Shown in pieces: positions 8,240-18,114 of a stretch of DNA of 47,785 bases. Within the stretch, counting starts at the first letter, position 1. Every line of letters starts with the position of its first letter. A program made the position numbers and the translations under genes. The notes under the pieces are model-generated. The model was not told the origin of the DNA. It worked only from the letters and a program-made list of their open reading frames with translations, and did no database searches. The DNA comes from a bacterium (GTDB taxonomy: Bacteria > Patescibacteriota > Patescibacteriia > PEXW01), in assembly GCA_030689605.1 (NCBI GenBank), contig JAUYFT010000001.1, positions 1 through 47,785 on the forward strand, read 5' to 3'.

Positions 8240-11200
8240 AGAGCCGAGGCACCGACTAGGTTGGCTAGGTCGCTCCAGGCTGCACCACTGTTCACTTTGT
8301 TTGGTAGAGGCACGCGCTTCCCACCCGTCTGCGACGCCGCTCCGGCGGGCAGGCCATTTCCATTGGCAGCGTGGAGTTCCACCGGCGTTGGGCCAGGATG
8401 TTTGTCGAGGATGGCTTGGATGGCGGCGAGCTGTGCACGGGAGAGGTCGGCTGGCACGTGGATGACCAGCGGCCGGCCAACTTCGTGCGTCGTGGCGTAG
8501 GCTTGGAGCGCGACGGTGTCGAGCTCGCGCACGGCATCGGCCAGGATTTTCGTCTCGCCGTCTTTATCTGACGTCTTACCTTCCACGATCACGAGACGCT
8601 CGAGCGTCCAGAGTGCTTGGCTCTGTTGGTAGAGTTTGGGGAAGACGACGACTTCTACAGCACCCACAGCATCTTCCACCCGGACAAAGAGCATTGGCTC
8701 TTGCCGCTTGGTCATAATTTTCTGCACCTTAGTGATGATGCCACCGACGCGTACACGTTCGTCCTTGCCATGCTCGTGCAGCGTGCTCATGGGCGTGGTG
8801 ATTAGGTTTAGCTGGTCCTGGAACTCTTTTAAGGGGTGGTCCGAGAGGTAGAGACCCAAAAGCTCTTTCTCCCACTGCAGGGCTTCGCGCTTGGCCATTG
8901 GTTCGGCTGGCTTCAGGCTTAAGCTCGGAGCCTTGGCTGCGGGCAGGTTCATGAAGAGTGAGTCCTGGTTGGCGTTCGCGGCCTGGGTGGCGTGCTTGTT
9001 GTACTGCAGGATGGTATCGATGTTCGCTAAAAGCTGGCCGCGCTCGCCGAAGCGATCCAGAGCACCAGCCTTGATGAGGCTTTCTACAGACTTCTTGTTA
9101 AAGTCCTTTACCTGGACGCGGCGGAGCAAATCCTCCAGGCTCGCGAACAGGCCGTTGGCCTTCCGCTCGTGCACGATAGCGCGCACGACATTGTCGCCCA
9201 CGTTCTTGATAGCGTTGAGGCCAAAGCGGATCGTCCGCGTCGGCGCTTTCGTCTCAGAATTGTATACTGCGGTGAATGTTGAGTAGCTCTCATTTATGTC
9301 CGGCGGCAGCACGGTCATACCCATCTGCCGGCACTCATCAATTTCTATAGCAATACGGTCGATACTGCCCTGGTCGCCGGTGAGCAAAGCGGCCATGAAT
9401 GCTTCCGGCTCATTTGCCTTGAAGTACGCTGTTTGGTAGGCAATGAGCGCGTAGCAGGCCGCGTGCGATCGGTTGAAGCCGTAGCGGGCGAATGGCTCGA
9501 TGAAGTCGAAGATCTTTTCGGCCGTCACTTTAGCAATGCCATTCTGCACACAACCATTTATGAACTTGTCGCGCTGCTCTTTTAGGAGTTTGGCAATCTT
9601 CTTGCCCACGGCTTTGCGCAAGACGTCCGCCTCGCCCAGGGTGAAGCCCGCCAGGTCGCGTGCCAGCTCCATGATCTGCTCCTGGTACACGGCTACGCCG
9701 TAGGTCTTGGCTAGGCTCTTCTCCAACTTGGGGTGGATGTACGTAACTTTCTGCTCGCCATGCTTGCGGGCGATGAAGTCCGGGATGAACTCCATCGGCC
9801 CCGGACGGTACAGGGACACCATGGCGATGAGGTCTTCGAGCTCGGTGGGTTTTAGCTCCTTCAGGTAGCGCCGCATGCCGCCAGATTCAAACTGGAAGAC
9901 ACCCGTGGTGTGGCCAGCTTGTAGCAGCGCGAACGCCCCTTTGTCATCTAGGGGTAACTTGTCGAGGTCGTACATGCGGCCGCGACCCTTGCGGGCAATC
10001 TCAATAGTCTGTTCTAGCACCGTGAGGTTGCGCAAGCCCAGGAAGTCCATCTTCAGCAAGCCCAGGTCTTCAATGGGGCGCATGGAGTACTGGCTAATAA
10101 TTGTCTCATCATCCGGGCCGGCGTGCTGGATGGGTACGTGCTCGATGAGCGGGCCTTTGGTTATGACCACGCCGCACGCGTGCACCGAGGCGTGCCGGAC
10201 CACGCCCTCCAAGCGCATGGCAGTTTGCAGCAGACGGCGACCGTCTTCGTCGTGCTCGGCGATTTCCTTGAGTTCGGGGATGGTATCCAGAGCTTCCTGC
10301 AACGTGGTGAACATGGGAATGAGCTTGGCCACGCGGTCGCAGTAGGTGTAGGGGAAGCCTAGGGCTCGGCCGACGTCCCGGATGGCGGCGCGGGCGGCCA
10401 TGGTGCCAAAGGTGATGATTTGCGCGACGTGGTCATGGCCATACCGATCGCCGACGTACTTGAGCACTTCATCTCGGCGGGTGTCGGCGAAGTCCAAGTC
10501 AAAATCCGGCATGGAGATACGCTCGGGGTTTAGGAATCGTTCGAACAGCAGGTCGTAGGCAATGGGGTCGACGTTCGTGATGTTCGTTAGGTACGACACG
10601 ATGGAACCGGCCGCCGAGCCACGACCCGGGCCCACGACTACACCGTGTTCCTTCGCCCAGTTCACGAAGTCCTGCACGATGAGAAAGTAGCCCGCGAAGC
10701 CCGTCTTCTCAATGACGCCAAGCTCGTACTCCAAACGTTGCAGCACGACCGAATCGTGCTCGCGTCCAGGGTAGCGGTGGGGTATGCCTTTCTCGCTAAG
10801 CTGTCGTAAATACGTTTCTGCTGTCTCGCCCCTCGGCACTTCGAAGTGGGGGAGCTGCGTTTTGCCGAGTTCTAGTTTGACGTTGCAGCGGTCGGCAATA
10901 ACAACGGTGTTGGTGATGACCTCGGGGTGGTCGGGGAATGCAGCGGTCATTTCGGCTTCGGTGCGCATGCTCACGTCTATACCCTTGTACGACATACGCT
11001 TGGGGTCGTCCATTGTGGTCTTCGTCTGGATTGCCAGCAGCACATCCTGAATCTCGGCGTCTTCTTTTTTCAAGTAGTGTACGTCGTTCGTCGCCACAAC
11101 CCGTACGCCGTGCTTCTCCGCGAGCGTGAAAATGGCATCGTTGACTTTCACCTGGTCGGGGATGTCTGGATGGGATTGGACTTCGAGGAAGTAGTTCTCC

Positions 11201-11700
11201 TTCCCAAACGTCGCAATGTACTTCTCCACCACCTCGTCTGGCGTGGCGTTAATCTTGCCCAGGATGGCGTTGGCGATTTCACCTTGCAGACAAGCAGATA
11301 AGGCAATGAGACCCTCGCTGTGTTTCTTCAGCAGCTCGTGATCCACGCGCGGGCGATAGTAGAAGCCCTCAAGGTGAGCGACTGAAACGAGCGCGATGAG
11401 ATTCTTGTAGCCCGTGAGGTTCGTCGCCAAGAGCACGAGGTGGAAGGGTCGCTCGTCAATGCGCGCTTCCTTGTCGTGCAGGGTGCGGCGGGCGACGTAG
11501 GTCTCCACCCCGATGATAGGTTTGATGCCAGCTTTCGTAGCTTTCTGGTAAAATTCTACCGCGCCGTAAAGGACGCCATGGTCAGTAAGGGCAACGGCTG
11601 GCGCCCCCAGCTCCTGCACGTGCGCAATCAAATCATCAATCTTCGGCAGGCCGTCGAGGAGGGAGTAGTGGGAGTGGACGTGGAGGTGGACGAATGGCAC
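8230..11700 (-). CDS. dnaE: DNA polymerase III alpha subunit
   Basis: FVHLHVHSHYSLLDG PHP domain, GRGSAAGS, SMPDFDLDF, YGFNRSHA, OB-fold; GTG start. Confidence 0.98.
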   Translation of the reverse strand: MPFVHLHVHSHYSLLDGLPKIDDLIAHVQELGAPAVALTDHGVLYGAVEFYQKATKAGIKPIIGVETYVARRTLHDKEARIDERPFHLVLLATNLTGYKNLIALVSVAHLEGFYYRPRVDHELLKKHSEGLIALSACLQGEIANAILGKINATPDEVVEKYIATFGKENYFLEVQSHPDIPDQVKVNDAIFTLAEKHGVRVVATNDVHYLKKEDAEIQDVLLAIQTKTTMDDPKRMSYKGIDVSMRTEAEMTAAFPDHPEVITNTVVIADRCNVKLELGKTQLPHFEVPRGETAETYLRQLSEKGIPHRYPGREHDSVVLQRLEYELGVIEKTGFAGYFLIVQDFVNWAKEHGVVVGPGRGSAAGSIVSYLTNITNVDPIAYDLLFERFLNPERISMPDFDLDFADTRRDEVLKYVGDRYGHDHVAQIITFGTMAARAAIRDVGRALGFPYTYCDRVAKLIPMFTTLQEALDTIPELKEIAEHDEDGRRLLQTAMRLEGVVRHASVHACGVVITKGPLIEHVPIQHAGPDDETIISQYSMRPIEDLGLLKMDFLGLRNLTVLEQTIEIARKGRGRMYDLDKLPLDDKGAFALLQAGHTTGVFQFESGGMRRYLKELKPTELEDLIAMVSLYRPGPMEFIPDFIARKHGEQKVTYIHPKLEKSLAKTYGVAVYQEQIMELARDLAGFTLGEADVLRKAVGKKIAKLLKEQRDKFINGCVQNGIAKVTAEKIFDFIEPFARYGFNRSHAACYALIAYQTAYFKANEPEAFMAALLTGDQGSIDRIAIEIDECRQMGMTVLPPDINESYSTFTAVYNSETKAPTRTIRFGLNAIKNVGDNVVRAIVHERKANGLFASLEDLLRRVQVKDFNKKSVESLIKAGALDRFGERGQLLANIDTILQYNKHATQAANANQDSLFMNLPAAKAPSLSLKPAEPMAKREALQWEKELLGLYLSDHPLKEFQDQLNLITTPMSTLHEHGKDERVRVGGIITKVQKIMTKRQEPMLFVRVEDAVGAVEVVVFPKLYQQSQALWTLERLVIVEGKTSDKDGETKILADAVRELDTVALQAYATTHEVGRPLVIHVPADLSRAQLAAIQAILDKHPGPTPVELHAANGNGLPAGAASQTGGKRVPLPNKVNSGAAWSDLANLVGASALRR

Positions 11701-11702
11701 GG

Positions 11703-11815
11703 TTACGAATTACGAATAAAATTCTACGAATATACGAATAGATGGTTATGTGAGTAAACAATATATATACGAATTCGTAGTCATTCGTATATTCGTACTG
11801 ATTCGTAATTCGTAA
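11703..11815. repeat. AT-rich palindromic element built from TACGAAT heptamers
   Basis: TTACGAATTACGAAT/ATTCGTAATTCGTAA and TACGAATATACGAAT/ATTCGTATATTCGTA arms. Confidence 0.85.
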
Positions 11816-11820
11816 TCCAA

Positions 11821-12138
11821 CTACTCTAAATCGTCAGCGGGCGGTGTAGCCTTTTTGGTTTTTCGGTTCTTCACCAGGCTGGTTAAATCACCGACGACGC
11901 GGACAATGCTGGCGATGGCCGAGGCGGACGAGGTCACTTTGTTCTGGATGCTATCCAGAAAATCGCCAATGTGGTCCAGCCGCTCCTTCACACTATCTAG
12001 CATCTTGCGGAAGTCCTCAATGGCCTTGTACAGATCCTTCACAATTTGTACTAGGTAGTACAGCAGCCAGACCGTAAAGCCGCCTACTGCAAGAAGGACA
12101 ATGGCGATTACGATGTTGAGGATGTCCCCGGTGGTCAT
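11821..12138 (-). CDS. Single-TM coiled-coil protein (DUF948-like)
   Basis: Hydrophobic N-terminus then heptad helix; ATG 8 nt after TATACT. Confidence 0.7.
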   Translation of the reverse strand: MTTGDILNIVIAIVLLAVGGFTVWLLYYLVQIVKDLYKAIEDFRKMLDSVKERLDHIGDFLDSIQNKVTSSASAIASIVRVVGDLTSLVKNRKTKKATPPADDLE

Positions 12139-12205
12139 AGGGAAATAGTATATCATACTGTAATCCCGCTGGTAGGGGAGCGAGCGGGCGCGTATACTAC
12201 AGCCT

Positions 12206-13039
12206 ATGGCAGACACGCTCTCCGATCTTGGGCTCAAACTCAACTACTGGTACCTCACCAACCGCCAGCAGCTCCGCAAGTGGTGGGTGCTAGTCCTCAT
12301 GGCGGTGGACGTTTTTCTGCTCGCGCTCTTCCTCACGCAGGGCATGCTCCTTGTCTTCCGTTTCCGAGATTCCTCGAACGTCGTGGCGACCATTGCCGCG
12401 AGCACCGTCGCAGTCGGCAAGGCTCAAGGAGCAGTTATGCCTACCTCTATTTCCTCCGGGACGGTTGCGACGACCCCGCACGGTCAAGCCCGGTTCGACT
12501 TCTCCTCACGCCTCGAGAATACGAATGTCACCTGGTCGGCAGTGGTGACTGTGCAGTTTGCTGGGGGGGTGAAGCCGCTCACCCCAGTCCGCGTCATCCT
12601 GCCCCCGAAGAGCGTGCGGTACGCCATGGCGCTCAACGTGGAAGGGTCAGCGAATGTGACTATACCAAGCGGAACCATGAGCATCACTGACGTCACGTGG
12701 ACGCGCCTGACCCCGGCAGAAGTTGCCGAGAAGATCGACGTGAAGGCAACGAATGTTACAACGGGATTACGGACGCTCGTCACCGGTGACAATCAGCAAA
12801 GAACGGTCACGCAGGTTACTGGCACTATTATGAACAGCGCGTTCGTTGCACTCGATGGTTTGCGCGTGTCCGTTGTGCTCACGCGAGGTGGGGCAACTGT
12901 CGGCGTTGGCAGCACCATCCTCTCCCACATCAACGCCGAGCAATCGCTTCCATTCTCCGTCGAGTGGGATACGGTCATAGCCAACGTCCAGCAGGCTGAC
13001 GTCTACCCCGAAGTGCACCGGGATATTATTGCGCGCTAG
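12206..13039 (+). CDS. Hypothetical membrane-anchored beta-rich protein
   Basis: One TM then Ig-like beta strands; upstream of rodA. Confidence 0.75.
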   Translation: MADTLSDLGLKLNYWYLTNRQQLRKWWVLVLMAVDVFLLALFLTQGMLLVFRFRDSSNVVATIAASTVAVGKAQGAVMPTSISSGTVATTPHGQARFDFSSRLENTNVTWSAVVTVQFAGGVKPLTPVRVILPPKSVRYAMALNVEGSANVTIPSGTMSITDVTWTRLTPAEVAEKIDVKATNVTTGLRTLVTGDNQQRTVTQVTGTIMNSAFVALDGLRVSVVLTRGGATVGVGSTILSHINAEQSLPFSVEWDTVIANVQQADVYPEVHRDIIAR

Positions 13040-13042
13040 GCA

Positions 13043-14149
13043 ATGTCGCGGTTAAACCTCCGGTCATTGGCTCAGGTTGACTGGCTCCTGTTTGGCGCCA
13101 GCAGCATCTTGGTTATCGTCGGGTTAGTGGCACTAGCGAGCGTCACCATTGCCAAGTCCCCGCCCGAGTGGAGCACCTTTACCCGGCAGTTACTTTTCCT
13201 CGCCCTCGGCGTCGTGCTATACGTTGTGGCTGTGTTGGTGGACTACCGTACCCTTCGGGGCTGGAGCACGGCAGCGTACGTCGCGGCCGCCATCCTGCTC
13301 GTCGGCGTGCTTTTCTTCGGCACGACCATTCGGAACACAACGGGCTGGTTCGTCGTTGCGGGCGTTAGCTTCCAGCCCGTGGAAATAGTGAAAGTACTCT
13401 GGATAATTGCCTTTGCCGCCTACCTAGCCCGTTACGCTCGGGCGTTCGACCAGTGGCGGCACCTGGGCATCAGCGGGGCGTTCGCGCTCGGGCTCATCGT
13501 GCTCATCCTCCGCCAGCCAGACCTGGGTTCGGCCGTGGTTGTTGCCGGCATCTACGTTGGCCTGCTCCTCACCGCAAACGTGCGCATGAAACAGCTTATC
13601 CTACTCTTCGTACTCTTCATTATTGCGGCGGTAGTGAGTTACATGTTCCTGCTCCAGGGTTACCAGAAGGATCGCATCCGCGTGCTGCTGGATCCGGGTG
13701 CTGATCCACTTAACAGCGGGTACAATGTTACGCAAGCAATCATCGCGGTAGGCTCTGGCCAACTTTTCGGCCGCGGCTTCGGCCAAGGCACGCAGAGCCA
13801 ACTCAACTTCCTCCCCGAGCAGCAGACAGATTTTATTTTTGCCGTGCTCGCCGAAGAGTTTGGCTTCCTGGGTGTGCTCGTACTCCTCGGGAGTTTCGCC
13901 GTGCTGCTGACACGCACCATCGTCATCGCTCGCCAGTCACGCGACGACTTTGGGGCATTCCTGTGCACGGGCATTAGCATTGGCATCGCCATCCATCTCC
14001 TCATCAACGTCGGTATGAACATGGGTTTGTTCCCGGTCACTGGCATTCCGTTGCCGTTCGTGAGTTCGGGCGGCAGCTCGCTCGTCGCCAGCATCATTGG
14101 GCTTGGGCTGGTCCAGAGCGTGGCCGTACGGCGGCGGTCTACGGGGTAG
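13043..14149 (+). CDS. rodA: SEDS family peptidoglycan polymerase RodA
   Basis: SFQPVEIVK, QPDLGS, GYNVTQAIIAVGSG, LPEQQTDFIF, GIPLPFVSSGGSS. Confidence 0.92.
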   Translation: MSRLNLRSLAQVDWLLFGASSILVIVGLVALASVTIAKSPPEWSTFTRQLLFLALGVVLYVVAVLVDYRTLRGWSTAAYVAAAILLVGVLFFGTTIRNTTGWFVVAGVSFQPVEIVKVLWIIAFAAYLARYARAFDQWRHLGISGAFALGLIVLILRQPDLGSAVVVAGIYVGLLLTANVRMKQLILLFVLFIIAAVVSYMFLLQGYQKDRIRVLLDPGADPLNSGYNVTQAIIAVGSGQLFGRGFGQGTQSQLNFLPEQQTDFIFAVLAEEFGFLGVLVLLGSFAVLLTRTIVIARQSRDDFGAFLCTGISIGIAIHLLINVGMNMGLFPVTGIPLPFVSSGGSSLVASIIGLGLVQSVAVRRRSTG

Positions 14150-14151
14150 GG

Positions 14152-14180
14152 TTGACGTCCGGCCGTGGCGATGGTATAGT
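14152..14180 (+). promoter_or_regulatory. Promoter of the rplY operon
   Basis: TTGACG-17 nt-TATAGT with TG extension. Confidence 0.7.
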
Positions 14181-14238
14181 CGCGTTGGTTTTCCTGCCTG
14201 ACCCCTCGGGTCTTTTCTTTCTTCTTTTACTGACCGTC

Positions 14239-14958
14239 ATGAACTTGCAGCTCACCGCCACGCCCCGTTCGATTAGCAAGCAGGAACGCGCCTCGCTTCG
14301 TCAAGCAGACATGATCCCGGCGGTCGTTTATGGCCATAGTATCACCAACGAGAACGTCGCTGTTCCACGGCCGGTTTTCGAGAAAGCGTATCAAACAGCT
14401 GGCGAATCCACGCTCATCACCCTGGATATCACGGGCAAGAAGCCAGTGCAGGTACTTATCCAAGACGTCGACCGTCACCCTACTTCGGGTGCCATTTTGC
14501 ACGTGGATTTCTACCAGGTACGCATGGATGAGGAAATCACGAATGACGTACCGCTCGTGTTCATCGGAGAATCCGCCGCCGTCAAAGCACTCGGTGGTAT
14601 TCTGGTGAAGAACCTCTCAACCTTGCGGGTGAAGTGTTTGCCAGCCGACCTGCCCCATGAAATTACCGTTGATATAACTGCGCTGGAAAATTTTGAATCC
14701 CGTCTCACGGTCGCAGACATTGTCGTCCCACCGAAAGTAGAAGTTCTGGCAAAACCCGAAGAGATTATTGCCGTTGTTGAGCCCCCACGTTCGGAAGCAG
14801 AGCTGAAAGCACTTGATGAGAAGGTGGAGGAGAACGTTGAAGCAGTGCAGAAGGTGGTGGAGGAGAAGAAGCCAGAGGATATTGCTGAAGAAGTCGCGGA
14901 GCCGAAAGAAGCCAAGAAAGAAGTGAAGAAAGAAGCTAAAGATAAGAAGGAAAAGTAA
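14239..14958 (+). CDS. rplY: 50S ribosomal protein L25 (Ctc form)
   Basis: IPAVVYG, ILHVDFY, CLPADLP motifs; acidic/Lys-rich tail. Confidence 0.95.
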   Translation: MNLQLTATPRSISKQERASLRQADMIPAVVYGHSITNENVAVPRPVFEKAYQTAGESTLITLDITGKKPVQVLIQDVDRHPTSGAILHVDFYQVRMDEEITNDVPLVFIGESAAVKALGGILVKNLSTLRVKCLPADLPHEITVDITALENFESRLTVADIVVPPKVEVLAKPEEIIAVVEPPRSEAELKALDEKVEENVEAVQKVVEEKKPEDIAEEVAEPKEAKKEVKKEAKDKKEK

Positions 14959-14962
14959 ACCC

Positions 14963-16033
14963 ATGGGTCAGAAGCTCACCGATCGGCCAAGTGACTACAC
15001 GTTCGGCAAGCGCAAGCTGCGCTGGCCCTGGCTGATTGCTGCGGGCACGGGGGCGCTGGTGCTAATTGGCATTGGTGGCTATTTGACTTTCCGTGGGAGT
15101 GCAGCGCAAGACGACAGCGCGAACACGAACAGCGAGTTAGACACCCCTACGCTGGTGAGCCGCCAGCTCGACGGCGTTCTCGTGGAATCAGAGAAGTCTA
15201 ACCACCTGCCGCTCATGATGGTCGTCGAGAACCATACCTCGGTGCGGCCGCAGAGTGGGCTCTCAAAAGCCGGGGTTGTCTACGAGGCGCTTGCCGAAGG
15301 CGGCATCACGCGCTTCTTAGCAATTTTTGCCGTGAATGGGACGCTCAACATCGGCCCCATCCGTTCGGCACGGCCGTACTTCGTGCAAATCGCCCGGGCG
15401 TACAATGGCGTTTTTGTCCACGCTGGCCAATCCACGCAGGCGGCCGAGCAAATTACGAAGACCAAGATTATAGATTTCAATCAGTTTTATAAGAAGTACA
15501 ACTTCTACAATATTTCTGGCCGCGCGCAAGAGCACTCGCTCTTCACCAACCTCCACCTCATGGAGCTTGGGTGGCGGGCAATGAAGCTTAAGGATAGAGG
15601 CGATTACGAGAGTTGGTCTTTCAAAGACGAAGCTCCGGTTGCAACCCCGACCACGAAGCCTATTGTGGTTGACTTCTCTACAGCGAGCTATCGGGTTTCC
15701 TACACGTACGACACTGCTAGGAACGTGTATAAACGTAGCCAAGGCGGGACAGTTGCCACGGACAAAGAAAGCGGCGCGATTGAACCTAAGAACGTCGCCA
15801 TAATGTTCACCACCTCGAAGTTGTTCGATAAGCTCCGGCGGGACATTGTTGTCGTTGGCGAAGGGAAGCTCCTCCTTTTCCGGGATGGCGAAATGGTCAC
15901 GGGTACGTGGAAAAAGTCTTTGCCCGAGTCCCAACTACAGCTCCTCGATAGTGCCGGCGCAGTCCTGCAACTCAACCGCGGCCAAACCTGGGTAGAAGTG
16001 GTAGACTTACCGGAGAAGTACGTTACCTACTAA
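14963..16033 (+). CDS. DUF3048 family membrane-anchored protein
   Basis: VVEN...RPQSGLSKAGVVYEALAEGGITRF, GPIRSAR, GQTWVEV. Confidence 0.9.
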   Translation: MGQKLTDRPSDYTFGKRKLRWPWLIAAGTGALVLIGIGGYLTFRGSAAQDDSANTNSELDTPTLVSRQLDGVLVESEKSNHLPLMMVVENHTSVRPQSGLSKAGVVYEALAEGGITRFLAIFAVNGTLNIGPIRSARPYFVQIARAYNGVFVHAGQSTQAAEQITKTKIIDFNQFYKKYNFYNISGRAQEHSLFTNLHLMELGWRAMKLKDRGDYESWSFKDEAPVATPTTKPIVVDFSTASYRVSYTYDTARNVYKRSQGGTVATDKESGAIEPKNVAIMFTTSKLFDKLRRDIVVVGEGKLLLFRDGEMVTGTWKKSLPESQLQLLDSAGAVLQLNRGQTWVEVVDLPEKYVTY

Positions 16034-16072
16034 TTCTTTCATTCGTTTCATATCCTAATCAACGAAAAATTT

Positions 16073-17269
16073 ATGCCAAAATCAAAATCAAACGCAAAAC
16101 CAGCGTTGAAGAAAAATGAGAATATCAAAGTTATCCCCGTGAAATCCGTCATCCCGCCAGTAAAGCCGCAGCCTGCCCAGCCCACCCCCGTGGGTTTGCT
16201 TGGGCTGGCGCCGTTCTCCCACCACCACTGGACACGGTGGACCTACCTAACCTTGGCTGCAATCCTCGTGGTCACCCTAGGCATGTCACTCGTCACATTC
16301 ATCCACTTCACGCGTAAAGCTGCCCCGAGTCCCGCCCCGGTCATCGCCAAGCCCGTCAGTACCGTGCCCACGGAGTTTGCCCCTGACCTCACCGGCGGCA
16401 ATCGCTACACCCATGGGCACTTTTACCCTGTGGCGGTCATGATTGATAACGCAGCGACCGCGCGACCCCAGTCATCCCTCCAAGCAGCGTCGGTGGTGTA
16501 CGAAGCGCTCGTCGAAGGTGGCATTACTCGTTTCATGGCGGTGTTTGACCAAGGAGAGGTGAAGGAAATTGGGCCGGTACGTTCTGCGCGCCAGTACTTC
16601 TTGGAGTGGCTGGCAGAGTACGAAGCCGCCTACGCCCATGCGGGTGGTTCGCCCGAGGCGCTCTCGAATATCCGTCGTGAGCGTATCCATGACATCAACG
16701 GCATTGGCAGCGCTTCGACGGCGTTTTTCCGGGATAGTACTCGTCCAGCACCGCACAACTTGTACACGACCGGGATGAAGATGTTCCTCACCACGCGGGC
16801 GAACAACCTGAAGTACTCTGACGTCACGCTTACGCCGTGGACATTCGGTTCAACCGTCAGTACGGGTGTCGCTGCCAAGAATGTCACCTTCTACTTCACC
16901 GGTCGGACGAAGAGTACGGAAGTGAGCTACACGTACGATGCAACCAAACTGCAGTGGCTGCGTAGCCAAGCCGGGAAAGAGCACCAGGATCGGCTTACGA
17001 AAGCAACTATTGGCGTCACCAACCTCGTCATTCAGCGCATCTCCAGTAAGATTGCAGTCGGTGAAAAAGGGCGCTTAACGATGTCGGTTACGGGTACTGG
17101 GAAAGCCAAAATTTTTCAGCAAGGACAGGTTCTGGACGTGACATGGAGTAAAGTGAAATCTGAAGACCGAACAGTGTTCACCTTGGCTGATGGAACTCCA
17201 GCGACTTTCCTCCCGGGCAATACCTGGATTGAAGTCTTACCCGAAGATCGCACGCTAACCGTCCAGTAA
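16073..17269 (+). CDS. DUF3048 family protein (tandem paralog)
   Basis: VMIDN..ARPQS, EGGITRF, GPVRSAR, APHNLY, GNTWIEV. Confidence 0.9.
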   Translation: MPKSKSNAKPALKKNENIKVIPVKSVIPPVKPQPAQPTPVGLLGLAPFSHHHWTRWTYLTLAAILVVTLGMSLVTFIHFTRKAAPSPAPVIAKPVSTVPTEFAPDLTGGNRYTHGHFYPVAVMIDNAATARPQSSLQAASVVYEALVEGGITRFMAVFDQGEVKEIGPVRSARQYFLEWLAEYEAAYAHAGGSPEALSNIRRERIHDINGIGSASTAFFRDSTRPAPHNLYTTGMKMFLTTRANNLKYSDVTLTPWTFGSTVSTGVAAKNVTFYFTGRTKSTEVSYTYDATKLQWLRSQAGKEHQDRLTKATIGVTNLVIQRISSKIAVGEKGRLTMSVTGTGKAKIFQQGQVLDVTWSKVKSEDRTVFTLADGTPATFLPGNTWIEVLPEDRTLTVQ

Positions 17270-17271
17270 GC

Positions 17272-18102
17272 GTGCGCCATCGTATTAAACTTCTGGCTAT
17301 TGACCTTGATGACACGCTCATTGGGTCAAATTTTCGTATATCCCAAGCCAACAAGCTGGCGGTGCATCGGGCGATTCGGGCGGGCATGATCGTCACGCTG
17401 GCCACGGGTCGGACGTTTACCACCACGCTGCCTTTCGCCAAGCAGCTCGGGTTAAAGCACACGCTTATGTGTTTCCAGGGAGCGCTGCTGCGCGGGAAGA
17501 GCAAGGTGCTTACCTCCCGCACCATGCCGCCCCAGCACTTTCTAGACGTTGTCGAATTCGGTTTGCGCCACAAGGTGCAGGTCTGCGTCTACGTGCTAGA
17601 CCACGATACGGTGTTCTTTCAGCGCCCGCTCGACCGGTACGGCAAGGAGTACCTTGATCGCATCGAGCAGGTGCGGCAAATAAGCTTGGTTAACCTCCGC
17701 ACGTTCCCATTCTCGCACCCGCCCATCAAAATTATGTTCGTCACCCGGCCGGAGCAGGTTATTAAGCTGGAAGCCTTGGCGCAACGGAAGTGGGGCAAGA
17801 AGCTCTACATAACCCGAACCCGTGCCAACCTGCTAGAGTTCCTCCACCCGCACGTGGATAAAGGTTTCGCCCTGCGGTACTTGGCCGAGCACTACAACCT
17901 GGAAATGGCTCAAACCGCGGCAATTGGTGATGGCTACAATGATATTCCCATGCTGAAAGCTGCAGGCGTTTCGTTCGCCGTAAAGAATGCAGCGGCAAAA
18001 GTTGAGCGTGCCGCGGATCACGTCGTTGCCTCGTGCGACCAGGATGGGGTGGCCGAAGCGATCGATTGGATCTTAGCGAATCGGAATCCGAAGAAAAAAT
18101 AA
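17272..18102 (+). CDS. Cof-type HAD-IIB hydrolase
   Basis: DLDDTL, ATGR, DKG, IGDGYNDIPML. Confidence 0.92.
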   Translation: MRHRIKLLAIDLDDTLIGSNFRISQANKLAVHRAIRAGMIVTLATGRTFTTTLPFAKQLGLKHTLMCFQGALLRGKSKVLTSRTMPPQHFLDVVEFGLRHKVQVCVYVLDHDTVFFQRPLDRYGKEYLDRIEQVRQISLVNLRTFPFSHPPIKIMFVTRPEQVIKLEALAQRKWGKKLYITRTRANLLEFLHPHVDKGFALRYLAEHYNLEMAQTAAIGDGYNDIPMLKAAGVSFAVKNAAAKVERAADHVVASCDQDGVAEAIDWILANRNPKKK

Positions 18103-18114
18103 TCAGTAACCACC

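Noticed and set aside
11703-11815. CRISPR array or replication origin
   Set aside because: Units are 7-nt and inverted with no unique spacers; no cas genes and no DnaA-box cluster seen
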